From Parcubacteria group bacterium GW2011_GWA2_47_26 (GTDB lineage: Bacteria > Patescibacteriota > Patescibacteriia > GWA2-47-26), in contig LCOG01000002.1 of the NCBI GenBank assembly GCA_001001705.1, forward strand, positions 20,056 to 84,055: a stretch of DNA of 64,000 nucleotides, given 5' to 3'. Position 1 is the stretch's first letter. Every line of letters begins with the position of its first letter. Position numbers and translations under genes: made by a program. Below, piece after piece: positions 51,370-60,770 of the stretch. The notes under the pieces are model-generated. The model was given only the letters and a program-made list of their open reading frames with translations. It searched no databases and was not told where the DNA came from.

Positions 51370-52395
51370 ATGACTCTAGAATCGCTCGCCCCGTATTTAG
51401 TAATTGCAGGTATTATTCTGCTTCTTTTTTGGACGCAGAAAAGCAAGCTTAAGGGCGTATTCGGCGCAGGAACGCCGATTTTGAATAGTTACACCACGGA
51501 TTTTACACTGCTCGCCAAAGAAGGAAAGCTCAAACCCGTTATAGATCGGATTAATGAGCATGCGCGGATAATCCAAATTTTATCACGCAAGGAAAAGAAT
51601 AATCCGATTCTTTTAGGCGAAGCAGGCGTAGGAAAGACCGCTATTGTTGATGGGTTGGCGCAAAGCATCATTGCCAGCGAAGTGCCTTCTTCTTTACTTG
51701 ACAAGCGCGTCCTGGGCCTTAATGTTTCAGCTTTAATTGCGGGAACAAAATACCGCGGCGAATTTGAACAGCGTTTGAAAAAAATCGTGGAGGAAATTCA
51801 GCGTGCTGGCCGGAGCGTTATTTTGTTTATTGATGAGATTCATCTGCTTGTTCAGGCCAAGGGGTCAGAGGGCGCACTAGACCCGACCGATATTTTAAAA
51901 CCCGCGTTGGCTCGCGGAGATCTTCAAGCTATTGGCGCTTGCACCATGGAGGAATATAACCAGTATATCAAGCCTGATTCAGCTTTAGAACGCCGGTTTC
52001 AGCCGGTTTTTGTTGGCGAGCCTTCAGTAAAAATGACCATTGAAATTTTAAAGGGCGTGAAAAAAGTATATGAAGATCATCATCATGTGCGCATTACTGA
52101 TGAAGCCGTTAAAACCGCGGCCGAGCTTTCGCACGAATATATCAAAAAACGCTTTTTGCCGGATAAGGCCATTGATTTAATTGACGAAGCATCCGCAAAA
52201 GTGCGTTTGGAAACCATCGAGATACCTAGACGCATTGAAACGCTCAAGACTTCTTCCAATAAAAAGTTGGAAATTGTGCATCTGCAAAAAATGTGGGATG
52301 ATGATAAAAATGGCATATTGCCAGCGGTTGAACCCGAGCAAATTCGGGAAATTATCACTATGTCAACCGGTCTGCCGGTGAGGAAGTTAAAGTAG
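51370..52395 (+). CDS. ClpB/ClpC-like AAA+ protein, first ATPase module only, with an N-terminal TM
   Basis: KNNPILLGEAGVGKT, AGTKYRGEFE, LFIDEIH, DSALERRFQ, RFLPDKAIDLIDEA. Confidence 0.88.
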   Translation: MTLESLAPYLVIAGIILLLFWTQKSKLKGVFGAGTPILNSYTTDFTLLAKEGKLKPVIDRINEHARIIQILSRKEKNNPILLGEAGVGKTAIVDGLAQSIIASEVPSSLLDKRVLGLNVSALIAGTKYRGEFEQRLKKIVEEIQRAGRSVILFIDEIHLLVQAKGSEGALDPTDILKPALARGDLQAIGACTMEEYNQYIKPDSALERRFQPVFVGEPSVKMTIEILKGVKKVYEDHHHVRITDEAVKTAAELSHEYIKKRFLPDKAIDLIDEASAKVRLETIEIPRRIETLKTSSNKKLEIVHLQKMWDDDKNGILPAVEPEQIREIITMSTGLPVRKLK

Positions 52396-52396
52396 A

Positions 52397-52440
52397 AGTT
52401 ATCCACATGAGATATTGCGCAAAATCGTGGGGGGGGGGGG
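52397..52440 (+). repeat. 44 bp direct repeat, copy 1 (TTATCCACA box plus G12)
   Basis: Identical to 53669-53712. Confidence 0.9.
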
Positions 52441-52479
52441 AGACTAGAGGAATGACATTAGCACTTAAAAAATAAGGGT

Positions 52480-52872
52480 ATGCTAGATAACGAAGTCACC
52501 AACAATGAAATCATGGAGTTTCTAAAAGAAACAGTAGCGACCAAAGAAGATCTTAAAGCCTTCGCCACGAAAGATGATCTTAAATCTTTTGCCACCAAGG
52601 AGGATCTGAAGGCCTTTGCGACCAAAGAAGATTTGAAAGCCTTTGCCACGAAGGAGGATTTGTACAGGGCCAAAGACGAGATTTTAGCGCGTTTGGCAGA
52701 ATTTCAGTTTGAGCTTGAAGAGATTAAAAAACGGCTGGAGAAAATTGAAAAGACGCTTAAGGAAGATACAGATGCACTAGTTATGGAGGTAGAACAATTG
52801 AAAGAACGGGTTGCAGTATTAGAAGTGCATCTTGGAATTCAAAAAATGGCCGCAGTAAGCAATAATTTATAG
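52480..52872 (+). CDS. Coiled-coil protein with ATKEDLKAF repeats
   Basis: Five 27 bp repeats with synonymous variation. Confidence 0.8.
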   Translation: MLDNEVTNNEIMEFLKETVATKEDLKAFATKDDLKSFATKEDLKAFATKEDLKAFATKEDLYRAKDEILARLAEFQFELEEIKKRLEKIEKTLKEDTDALVMEVEQLKERVAVLEVHLGIQKMAAVSNNL

Positions 52873-52924
52873 AAAACAAAAGGGCAGATTAAGCCTTGAG
52901 TTGTCGACTAAATATCCAAAACCT

Positions 52925-53641
52925 ATGTTGTCGCAGACATCTAAAATAATTATTGCCATTGCTATTACGGCTATTGTCGCGGGTGGGGCAATATTTTTGT
53001 GGCAGGGCCGTATTCAACAATCAAGACAACCTGAAAATTTTCAAATAGAACAAATAGAACAATCTAAACAACTTCTTGAGACAACGCCGTCATCAGCGGC
53101 AAAACAGCAGCAATATGATTTTTTCTGCTACCCAAAAGGACAAGCGCCCCAACAGGTCAAAATTATATTAAATCCTCTTCTTGATCGCGCGGGTTGGCGT
53201 AATGCTGATGGCGGTGCAAGGGTTTGTCTTGATACAAGCGGGTCTTTTAGACGCGCACTTGTCCTGACCAATGACTGTCATCCTACCGATGATGTGGCCA
53301 ACCCCGCTGAACCATGTCGAACGACAGCTATAGTACTTATTGACCTTGTGACAGGGTCAATACGGTCTCTTGTAAGTCAAACGATTACTGATGAATTTTA
53401 TGGTACGCGTCCCTTTACCGAAATTCTAAGTTGGGCATCCGACTCTGTGGCATATCGTGCACTTCCAATACGTGGCGCTGGTGAATACGGTGATATAGAA
53501 TGTGTGCCGCAGGATATTAAAAAATATTACGCGTATCAAGACCGCGTGCTTACCATCGCCGATGGTCAATCTCGTGTTTTGCAAACGTGTTATAATGTCT
53601 CCTGTTCTGATTTGAGCGAGCTGGAATGTGTGCCACAGTGA
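52925..53641 (+). CDS. Hypothetical membrane-anchored Cys-containing protein
   Basis: N-terminal TM IAITAIVAGGAIFLWQ. Confidence 0.7.
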   Translation: MLSQTSKIIIAIAITAIVAGGAIFLWQGRIQQSRQPENFQIEQIEQSKQLLETTPSSAAKQQQYDFFCYPKGQAPQQVKIILNPLLDRAGWRNADGGARVCLDTSGSFRRALVLTNDCHPTDDVANPAEPCRTTAIVLIDLVTGSIRSLVSQTITDEFYGTRPFTEILSWASDSVAYRALPIRGAGEYGDIECVPQDIKKYYAYQDRVLTIADGQSRVLQTCYNVSCSDLSELECVPQ

Positions 53642-53668
53642 TAGTGGTTGAAATAGGAGAGAGGTTTC

Positions 53669-53712
53669 AGTTATCCACATGAGATATTGCGCAAAATCGT
53701 GGGGGGGGGGGG
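53669..53712 (+). repeat. 44 bp direct repeat, copy 2
   Basis: Identical to 52397-52440. Confidence 0.9.
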
Positions 53713-53826
53713 TAAACTGGATGCAAACACTGTTTTGTATTGTGATGAAAGTAGGTCTAGCAATAAGCAATATCAATAATACTTAACACTAGTGAATATT
53801 TAACTAAATGATTTTTAACCCACTAT

Positions 53827-54204
53827 ATGTTAAAAAGGATCACAAAATCGGCAGTATTTGCATTATTAGGTCTTAATCTGGTAACGATTACAAATCAACT
53901 GGTTCTTGCCCAGTCAAGATGTGTTCTCAATGGACAAGAAGTCCCTTGTGAAGAATTGGCTGAATCAGCAAAAGGAATGATAGGCTGGGGCATAGGTTTA
54001 CTTGCCGTGATATTTGTTGTTGGGATAGCGGCGACAATTTTTTGGCTTTTGATGATAGTGCATGCCGCCTCTCACCCTATTGAGAATAGAGCGATGTGGA
54101 TTATCTTGATGGTGTTAACAGGCGTAGTCGGCGCGTTGATTTATTATTTTGTTGTTAAGCGAAAATTCAATGGACAACTGTCACAGCCCACTGTAACGCG
54201 GTAA
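53827..54204 (+). CDS. Small membrane protein with a PLDc N-terminal-like domain
   Basis: FWLLMIVHA, WIILMVLTGVVGALIYYF. Confidence 0.72.
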   Translation: MLKRITKSAVFALLGLNLVTITNQLVLAQSRCVLNGQEVPCEELAESAKGMIGWGIGLLAVIFVVGIAATIFWLLMIVHAASHPIENRAMWIILMVLTGVVGALIYYFVVKRKFNGQLSQPTVTR

Positions 54205-54231
54205 CACATAATATATATTTGCCATAATTTT

Positions 54232-55323
54232 ATGGAGACACAAAATATGCCACCCGTAACAACTCAAACCAAAACCAAAGTCGGAGTCGGAACAAAAGTC
54301 GCCGTAGCCCTGCTTATTGTAGGCGGAGCCGTAGCCGCGGCTTTTGCGATACCTAGGATTATAAACAAACCCATGTTTTTGGTACGCTTGCTAGATCTTA
54401 CCGTGACAAGTATCAGCCCGGACTTAACTACGAAGAGAACAACTGTCCGTGTGCAGAATATTGGTTCAGGACCTATCAGCAGTGCTCCGTCTGGACCTAG
54501 TGCTTCAAGATTAAAGCTAGAAGCGGTTGACGCGGATGGCATGATAATTGGATCTTCTGTAACCACAGTTGATCTTCCGCCCAGTATTGCGGCTGGATCA
54601 GAATGGGTGGCAGCGATTGACCTTTTTCCTGCCGGTTATTCTGGCCCCGAGTCTATAGTGGACTATCCTGTCGGAATGGTTGCTTTTCGTGCTACCGTAG
54701 ACTATGACAATGTCATCAGGGAAAGCAACGAAGATAATAACATTTTAAAACTGGCTTGGTCTCCACCTGCGCCTGTGGCACCCGTTGCATCCCGTTTATC
54801 ATTTACCCTTGCGCCGACATCGCCCTCTGGCGCAGGAGTCGGAGTGAATGAGGTGTTGCGATTTAATGTTACGAATGAGTCACCGGTTGATGCCGCTCTT
54901 ATAGATATGCATTTTGATGGCGCTGGCACTGATAATGCGGGGTCAAGATGGCCTGAAACCGGGCCACTAATGCGCAGTTGGAGATTATATGATCAAACGG
55001 ATTTATCTACCGCGCTCGGAGATTTACTGACAGTTCCTAGAGTACTACGCTGGGATGGTGCAAATTGGAATACTACAGATGCAGAAATAGAATTTAGTGG
55101 CCCCGGTTTCCTTTTGATATCAGCCGGCACTACTAGGACCTTGATTTTGAAAGTTGATACCATAGGAGCGAGTGCGGTTAGGGATGATCTGGTGCGCTTT
55201 GACTTAATGAGAGTAACTTGGGTGAATGCAGGCACGACGGGTCCACTGTCTGGGGCAGGTTCTCCTTTTGAACCAGGCGTAGTTGGCACACCGCTTGTGA
55301 CAGGCAATACGCTTAGCTATTAA
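54232..55323 (+). CDS. Surface protein with a CARDB-like domain
   Basis: TM, DLTVTSI, VQNIGS, VDYDNVIRESNEDNN. Confidence 0.75.
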   Translation: METQNMPPVTTQTKTKVGVGTKVAVALLIVGGAVAAAFAIPRIINKPMFLVRLLDLTVTSISPDLTTKRTTVRVQNIGSGPISSAPSGPSASRLKLEAVDADGMIIGSSVTTVDLPPSIAAGSEWVAAIDLFPAGYSGPESIVDYPVGMVAFRATVDYDNVIRESNEDNNILKLAWSPPAPVAPVASRLSFTLAPTSPSGAGVGVNEVLRFNVTNESPVDAALIDMHFDGAGTDNAGSRWPETGPLMRSWRLYDQTDLSTALGDLLTVPRVLRWDGANWNTTDAEIEFSGPGFLLISAGTTRTLILKVDTIGASAVRDDLVRFDLMRVTWVNAGTTGPLSGAGSPFEPGVVGTPLVTGNTLSY

Positions 55324-55344
55324 TTAGAGGTGGTAAAATTACAC

Positions 55345-55376
55345 AAAAGCAGTCCCGCAACCGCGGGACTGCTTTT
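55345..55376. terminator. Bidirectional terminator-like hairpin
   Basis: aaaagcagtcccgc-aacc-gcgggactgctttt. Confidence 0.75.
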
Positions 55377-55406
55377 GTGTTGGAAGAATAAGGGACCGTT
55401 GCCGAA

Positions 55407-55665
55407 TGTCATCCTGAGCGCAGCGAAGGATCCCGAGCATCTAAAAAATAACGGGATTCTTCACTTCATTCAGAATGACAATGGAAAAAATTATATTCGG
55501 CAACAGTCCCATTAAGACAAGACGAAGCAAGCTCTAAAACTCTCGTTCCGAAATTGACACGATCGTGTCAATTTCGGGATAGCCTGCGGGACCGAAAAAG
55601 AGAACACTTCTAAATTTTGCAAAGCAAAATTAGAGGCGTTCTCTTTTTCGGCGTTCTCTTTTTCC
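55407..55665. repeat. Cluster of family A (55407-55480), a perfect palindrome (55547-55577) and an inverted family D (55595-55665)
   Basis: Sequence matches to the other family members. Confidence 0.85.
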
Positions 55666-55666
55666 A

Positions 55667-57967
55667 CTATTTTTTCAGGTGGGGCATTGTGAAAGATATA
55701 ACGTCAGCGCCTCTTAGTATGTACGCGATTTTCTGCCCTTCGTTTATCGCAAAGTCTTTGAGGTTAGTGAAAGTTTGGCTTGTATATTGCGCTTTTAGTG
55801 TGCCATTATCTTTGTTAAAAACAACGAGTCGATTTCCGCTCTGGTTTAATATGTAAAGATATTGTGAGGCTTCGTTAGTCCACAGTTTCGTGGCTTGCGT
55901 AAGCACCGGGTCAATATTTTTAAGCGCAAAATTTGTTTTTAGACCTTTGCGAAATTCTGTTACATTGCCTGATTCATCAAGAACATAGGCTGTGCCGTCC
56001 ACCGTCAGCGCCAAAGCAGTGTTAATTGCGGTTCTATCTTTTATCCAGGCCGCGCCGGAGTTAAAACCCTGCGCCATGGGCTCGTACTTATAAATCTGAT
56101 TCTCACTCGGGTGCAATGTATAAAGCCGACGATTGTATATGGTCGCATCGCGCGCTCCACTGCGTAGTGTTCTAGGTTCACCTAGCTTATTCTCTGCGTA
56201 ATTATAAATATAAGCTCTGTCACTGTTAATTAATAGGAGTGCGTTACGCTGGGGATGAGCAAGCATTACGTTCAATGCGGTTATATTTTCTGGTGTAAAT
56301 TTTTGTGTTACATTATTTTGCGACCAGACTAACGCATTTGTGCTATAAGCAAAAAGCGCATTATCTTTCAAAAAAATCCCTTTGGCCTCTGGCAGTAGCT
56401 CGCGAAGATCAAGTACTGTTGTTGGATTTTCTATAACGATAATGTGGCGCAGCCGTTCTTCTACGCCCTGCAAGGCAGCAACCAACATGCTGGTTTCGTT
56501 TTCGTCTGCCGCTGATTTTAAATAACGCAAAGGAATATTTGCCGTTACTTGTCTTTTAAACGCGGATAAATTTTGCAAGCGCGCTTTTGCTTCTTCAATT
56601 TGCAAGCGCGCTTGTTCCTCGTTATTGTAAATTAGTGATGCGCTCGCCGTATCTATTAGGGTTTGTATGCCCGTAATCTCGGTTTGCAGTTGATTTTCTG
56701 CCGATCTTATTATCCCTCTGCGGTTGGCAAAAAGCACGCTCTCGCTAAAAACGAAAATTAGGGTAAGAAGGGCAATGAAGATTATTTTGCTTTTAAGCGA
56801 AAGGCCGTTGAATTTATTGGCTAGATAGTTTACTTTTGTTCTGAAAAGAAAGAGCAGTTTCTGTTTGAGCAGTTTCATGTCTGTAGCGCGCGCAAACCGC
56901 GCCAAAATTTTCTGGCGAAAACTTGTGTTGGCAATTGAAACACGTGTCCTTTGTATAATCTGCGCCGCCTTTTGCGGGTATTTGGCAAGGCGGATAAAAT
57001 ACGAAGATATTGTTCTATGTTTTAAGGGTGTCGTTGGAATAGGTGGAGCCGTTGTAGCTATGGCTTTACGCGTCTCTTTAATTGGAATGGCTATTGTGTT
57101 TTTAATAGTCTTTAATTTATTCCCGAATTTATTATTAAAGTGATCAAAAAAAACTGTCAAGGTTTTCTGGGTTTGATGTACAGAGGCTTGTATTGATTGT
57201 AGAAATGGTTTTAAAAGCGGCGGCGAGAGCATTTCTTCAGTGCGAGCTTCGGTTTTAAGCAGAGTAGCGATAGATGACCCCGTTGATTCAGTTGGGCGCA
57301 GAACTTGCGGTTTTGCCTCCAATAAAACAGCCCGGAAAATTGGCGGCTGTACATTCCGCGTTTCAATGCTTCGCCTAATAGAGGCGAGTTTATTTTCGGA
57401 ACTGCGTGAACGCGCGATCTCTTTTAAGTCGTTGGATTTTAAAAGGGGAGACAGATGTTTGGAAACCACAAGCAGATAAGCATGCGGCGCCAAAACTCCA
57501 TTATGAAAATTGCTGAAATGAAGCGGCCCGCTTGCCCCCATTTCTCCAAAATTGCTGATTGCATTGCCGCTGACGTGGAGTACGGCTATCTCGCCGGAGC
57601 TCGTGAAAAACAATTGTGTTCCCGAAACGATGCCAAGACTGGCATGGATGCGCGGCAGGTCGTGGGCTCGTTCTTTAATTTTATTTTCAAAAATGGCAAG
57701 TTTTTTTTCAAAAAATTGTTCGGCTTGTGTACGATCTACTGGAATATACTCAAAAGCCGTTGCCAGACGCAAAGCGTAGTCAAAGAGATCGTTGGCCGCT
57801 TCGCGATCTTGTGAGGATAGTGCCTCCAGCTCGGCGTCGTTGAAACCGAAAAGTCCAAAGAATTGAGTCTCCGTTGAGAATTTTCCGCGGCGCACTACCG
57901 ACGTCCACGCCGAGAAGGCGCGATGGTGTATTGTGGTCTCAATGTGGATAGTTAATCTTTGGTTCAT
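55667..57967 (-). CDS. Hypothetical bitopic protein: degenerate PP2C-like N-terminus, TM, beta-propeller C-terminus
   Basis: 766 codons; LYTLHPSENQIYKY, LYILNQSGNRLVVF. Confidence 0.7.
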   Translation of the reverse strand: MNQRLTIHIETTIHHRAFSAWTSVVRRGKFSTETQFFGLFGFNDAELEALSSQDREAANDLFDYALRLATAFEYIPVDRTQAEQFFEKKLAIFENKIKERAHDLPRIHASLGIVSGTQLFFTSSGEIAVLHVSGNAISNFGEMGASGPLHFSNFHNGVLAPHAYLLVVSKHLSPLLKSNDLKEIARSRSSENKLASIRRSIETRNVQPPIFRAVLLEAKPQVLRPTESTGSSIATLLKTEARTEEMLSPPLLKPFLQSIQASVHQTQKTLTVFFDHFNNKFGNKLKTIKNTIAIPIKETRKAIATTAPPIPTTPLKHRTISSYFIRLAKYPQKAAQIIQRTRVSIANTSFRQKILARFARATDMKLLKQKLLFLFRTKVNYLANKFNGLSLKSKIIFIALLTLIFVFSESVLFANRRGIIRSAENQLQTEITGIQTLIDTASASLIYNNEEQARLQIEEAKARLQNLSAFKRQVTANIPLRYLKSAADENETSMLVAALQGVEERLRHIIVIENPTTVLDLRELLPEAKGIFLKDNALFAYSTNALVWSQNNVTQKFTPENITALNVMLAHPQRNALLLINSDRAYIYNYAENKLGEPRTLRSGARDATIYNRRLYTLHPSENQIYKYEPMAQGFNSGAAWIKDRTAINTALALTVDGTAYVLDESGNVTEFRKGLKTNFALKNIDPVLTQATKLWTNEASQYLYILNQSGNRLVVFNKDNGTLKAQYTSQTFTNLKDFAINEGQKIAYILRGADVISFTMPHLKK

Positions 57968-58075
57968 CCCGTTAGAAGTTTAAGAATAATTTTCTTTTAA
58001 GTACCCGCTAGACGTCAGTCGGCTTCGCCTACTGTTTTTCGTATACGAATGTCGTGCTTAAACTTCTAACGGGAT
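57966..58075. mobile_element. Family C element supplying the minus-strand ATG at 57967
   Basis: atcccgttagaagtttaag...cttaaacttctaacgggat. Confidence 0.85.
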
Positions 58076-58130
58076 TGACGCGACTGTATTTTTAGTATAC
58101 TATAGATGAAGATATTGTAAAGATAAGCCT

Positions 58131-58766
58131 ATGCGCAAGCGCGCGTCACTCGAACAAATTTTTGGCTCAAGGGTCCGTGTGAGACTGCTCAAGCTTTTTT
58201 TAGAGCATCCCGATGATCGTTTCTATGTCCGTGAGATAACGCGGCTGACACGGTCGCATATTCATTCAGTACGGCGCGAACTTGCGAATCTGTCCAAGGT
58301 TGGACTGGTGCGGATTTACATTGATAAAAATGCAAACGGCGGCATTACTTACAAAAACAGCGCAAATAATTTACAGCGCAAATATTATGAAGTTAATCCC
58401 GAGTGTGTAATTTTTAACGAGCTACGATTACTGTTAATCAAAGGACAGCTTTTGCTCCAAGAAGAACTTGCGAGGCAACTGTCTGCGGCGGGCGCGGTTA
58501 ATTACTTAGCCTTGACTGGATTTTTTGCCGATCTTCAAGGATTGCCAACTGATCTGCTTTTAATAGGCCGCGTTAGTAAAAAGAAATGCGCGAAATCAAT
58601 AGAAGATTTTGAAGAAGAATTCGGGCGCACCATTAATTATACGATTTTGACCTTGAAAGAATTTTTGGAGCGCAAGGAAATGACCGATCGCTTTCTTTAT
58701 ACGCTGCTGGAGTCAAAAAAAATTGTTCTTGTAGATAAACTGCCCGTCTCGTCGCGCATTGGCTGA
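58131..58766 (+). CDS. Winged-helix regulator with a nucleotidyltransferase-like C-terminal domain
   Basis: FGSRVRVRLLKLF, FYVREITR, VRRELANL, DLLLIG, INYTIL. Confidence 0.75.
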   Translation: MRKRASLEQIFGSRVRVRLLKLFLEHPDDRFYVREITRLTRSHIHSVRRELANLSKVGLVRIYIDKNANGGITYKNSANNLQRKYYEVNPECVIFNELRLLLIKGQLLLQEELARQLSAAGAVNYLALTGFFADLQGLPTDLLLIGRVSKKKCAKSIEDFEEEFGRTINYTILTLKEFLERKEMTDRFLYTLLESKKIVLVDKLPVSSRIG

Positions 58767-58781
58767 TTGTGTTGAAGTGCC

Positions 58782-58934
58782 GTCATTCTGAGGAGTCCCG
58801 CAGGCGCGGGACGACGAAGAATTTCGCACGAATCCCGTTAGAGATCGCGGACGCAGTCCGCGTCCTATCTCTAAACGGGACGAATGTGCGGAATCTCGCA
58901 TACGCGAGAGATCCTTCACTGCGTTCAGGATGAC
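58782..58934. repeat. Family A element with a family C-like element nested at about 58832-58880
   Basis: gtcattctgag...tcccgttagaga...tctctaaacggga...tcaggatgac. Confidence 0.82.
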
Positions 58935-58942
58935 TACTAATT

Positions 58943-59260
58943 ATGTCCACCACTACCTTACAAATTGTGATTAAAAATAAACGCGCCTTGCTTAAAAGTG
59001 GCGTAAAAAAAATAGAGTTCAACTTGGATGAGAAGCCATTGCTATGGGGTATTGCTAAAATGCTCCGCCGCCTCCGCGACTTACAAGGTTTGAGTGTAGA
59101 CATGGAAGAAACGTCTTTTAGTGGAACTCGCGAGGCAGTCGCCGTGGTTAATACCATAGCTTGGGCGCTCAAAATAAAAGTCAACGGGCAGGCGCAACTC
59201 CGACCGACTTATCAGCGTGAGCCCAATATTACCAAACCCAAACATGACACCACGCACTAA
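58943..59260 (+). CDS. Short TsaB-like protein
   Basis: SFSGTREAVAVVNTIAWAL resembles the TsaB SFTGLR helix; C-terminal PxYxxEPNIT. Confidence 0.45.
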   Translation: MSTTTLQIVIKNKRALLKSGVKKIEFNLDEKPLLWGIAKMLRRLRDLQGLSVDMEETSFSGTREAVAVVNTIAWALKIKVNGQAQLRPTYQREPNITKPKHDTTH

Positions 59261-60770
59261 ATTATATCGTTTATTAGAAATAATACCCGGAGCGCTAATC
59301 TGGACGACTTTGATCGGCGCGATTATTTTTTCAATTGTTAAACCAATTTGGGCCTTATACTTTATTTTAATCTTCGACGTTTATTGGCTGTTTCGCGTAG
59401 TTTACTTTGTTTTTTATTTGATGATTTCCTGGCGCAGGTTAAAAGTGGATTCCCGTGTTGATTGGCTTGATAAGTTAAAGCGGGAGAAACCAGATTGGAC
59501 GCGGATTTGGCATTTAATTTTTCTGCCCACTTCTAAAGAAGATATCGAAATTTTAAGAGCGACGCTTGCCTCGCTTTCTAAATCCAGATACGAGGCAAAA
59601 CGTTTTATTATTGTGCTCTCCGGAGAAGAGCGCGGCGGCGGAGAGCGATTTTTGCGCGATGCCGAAATATTGCAAACCGAATTTCAGAACTCTTTTGGCC
59701 ATTTTTTAACCATCCTGCATCCGGAAAATTTGCCGGATGAGATTCCGGGCAAAGGCTCAAATCTTAATTTTGCCGGTCATCGCGTGCGTGAGTTTATTGA
59801 CGGCTTGAAAATTCCCTATCCGGATATTATCGTTTCCGCTTTTGACATTGATACAATTACTCACCCGCAATATTTTGCCTACTTGAGTTATAAATATCTG
59901 ACCGTGCCTGATCCCTTGCATTCTTCTTATCAGCCCATTGCCTTGTATAATAATAATATCTGGGAAGCCCCGGCTTTAATCCAAATCGCTTCTTTGGGCA
60001 CTACTTTTTGGCTCATGACTGAATTACCGCGTCCCGAGCGGCTCTTTACTTTTTCCTCGCACAGCATGCCTTGGACTGCGCTCACGGAGGTTGGTTTTTG
60101 GCAAAAGGATATTGTAACTGAAGACTCCCGGATATTTTTACAATGCTTTCTTCATTACAATGGCGACTATCGGGTTACCCCGCTTTATCTGCCGGTTTCC
60201 ATGGATACGGTTACGGGCGCAAATTATCTGCAGAGCCTGGTTGCCCTTTATAAACAGCAAAGGCGCTGGGCTTGGGGCATTGAACATTTTCCGTACATGG
60301 TTTGGCATTTTTTTCAACGCCGGGCAATTCCTTTGCGCAAAAAAATCAAATTTATCTGGAATCTTGGCGAGGGGATGTATTCTTGGGCTACTGCGCCTAT
60401 CTTAATTTTTATTCTAGGACGCCTGCCTTTTATCGCCGGAGATAGTTTTCTTGGTGTCTCGGTTTTTTTTCAGCTCACGCCTCTGATGCTCCAATGGCTA
60501 ATGCGCGCCGCTATGGTTGGAATCTTAGTCTCGGCAATATTGACTTCCAAACTTTTACCGCCTCTGCCCTCGACAACTTCTTCTTATCGCCGACTGCTCG
60601 TGATACTGCAATGGCTGCTTCTTCCGCTCACGTTAATTATATTTGGTTCAATCCCAGCCTTTGACGCCCAAACTCGGCTAATGCTCGGAAAGTATTTAGG
60701 ATTTAACGTTACGGAAAAATATAGACAAAAACTATCCAGCAGGACATTGGATGTAGTGGCAAAAATATGA
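59244..60770 (+). CDS. Membrane glycosyltransferase family 2
   Basis: GKGSNL, FDID, VTEDSRIF, QQRRWAWG, TM segments. Confidence 0.88.
   Translation: MTPRTKLYRLLEIIPGALIWTTLIGAIIFSIVKPIWALYFILIFDVYWLFRVVYFVFYLMISWRRLKVDSRVDWLDKLKREKPDWTRIWHLIFLPTSKEDIEILRATLASLSKSRYEAKRFIIVLSGEERGGGERFLRDAEILQTEFQNSFGHFLTILHPENLPDEIPGKGSNLNFAGHRVREFIDGLKIPYPDIIVSAFDIDTITHPQYFAYLSYKYLTVPDPLHSSYQPIALYNNNIWEAPALIQIASLGTTFWLMTELPRPERLFTFSSHSMPWTALTEVGFWQKDIVTEDSRIFLQCFLHYNGDYRVTPLYLPVSMDTVTGANYLQSLVALYKQQRRWAWGIEHFPYMVWHFFQRRAIPLRKKIKFIWNLGEGMYSWATAPILIFILGRLPFIAGDSFLGVSVFFQLTPLMLQWLMRAAMVGILVSAILTSKLLPPLPSTTSSYRRLLVILQWLLLPLTLIIFGSIPAFDAQTRLMLGKYLGFNVTEKYRQKLSSRTLDVVAKI

Noticed and set aside
52535-52665. 27 bp tandem repeats as a possible CRISPR array
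   Set aside because: No spacers, and the variation is mostly synonymous, so this is a protein repeat (ATKEDLKAF). No cas genes are in the window.
52397-53712. Replication origin suggested by TTATCCACA boxes
   Set aside because: Only isolated boxes, with no cluster, no clear unwinding element and no dnaA or dnaN nearby.
58783-59184. Short ORFs made largely of repeat-derived peptide (also 55330-55515, 14953-15285, 44059-44442)
   Set aside because: They are alternative-frame or antisense readings of family A elements or of real genes.
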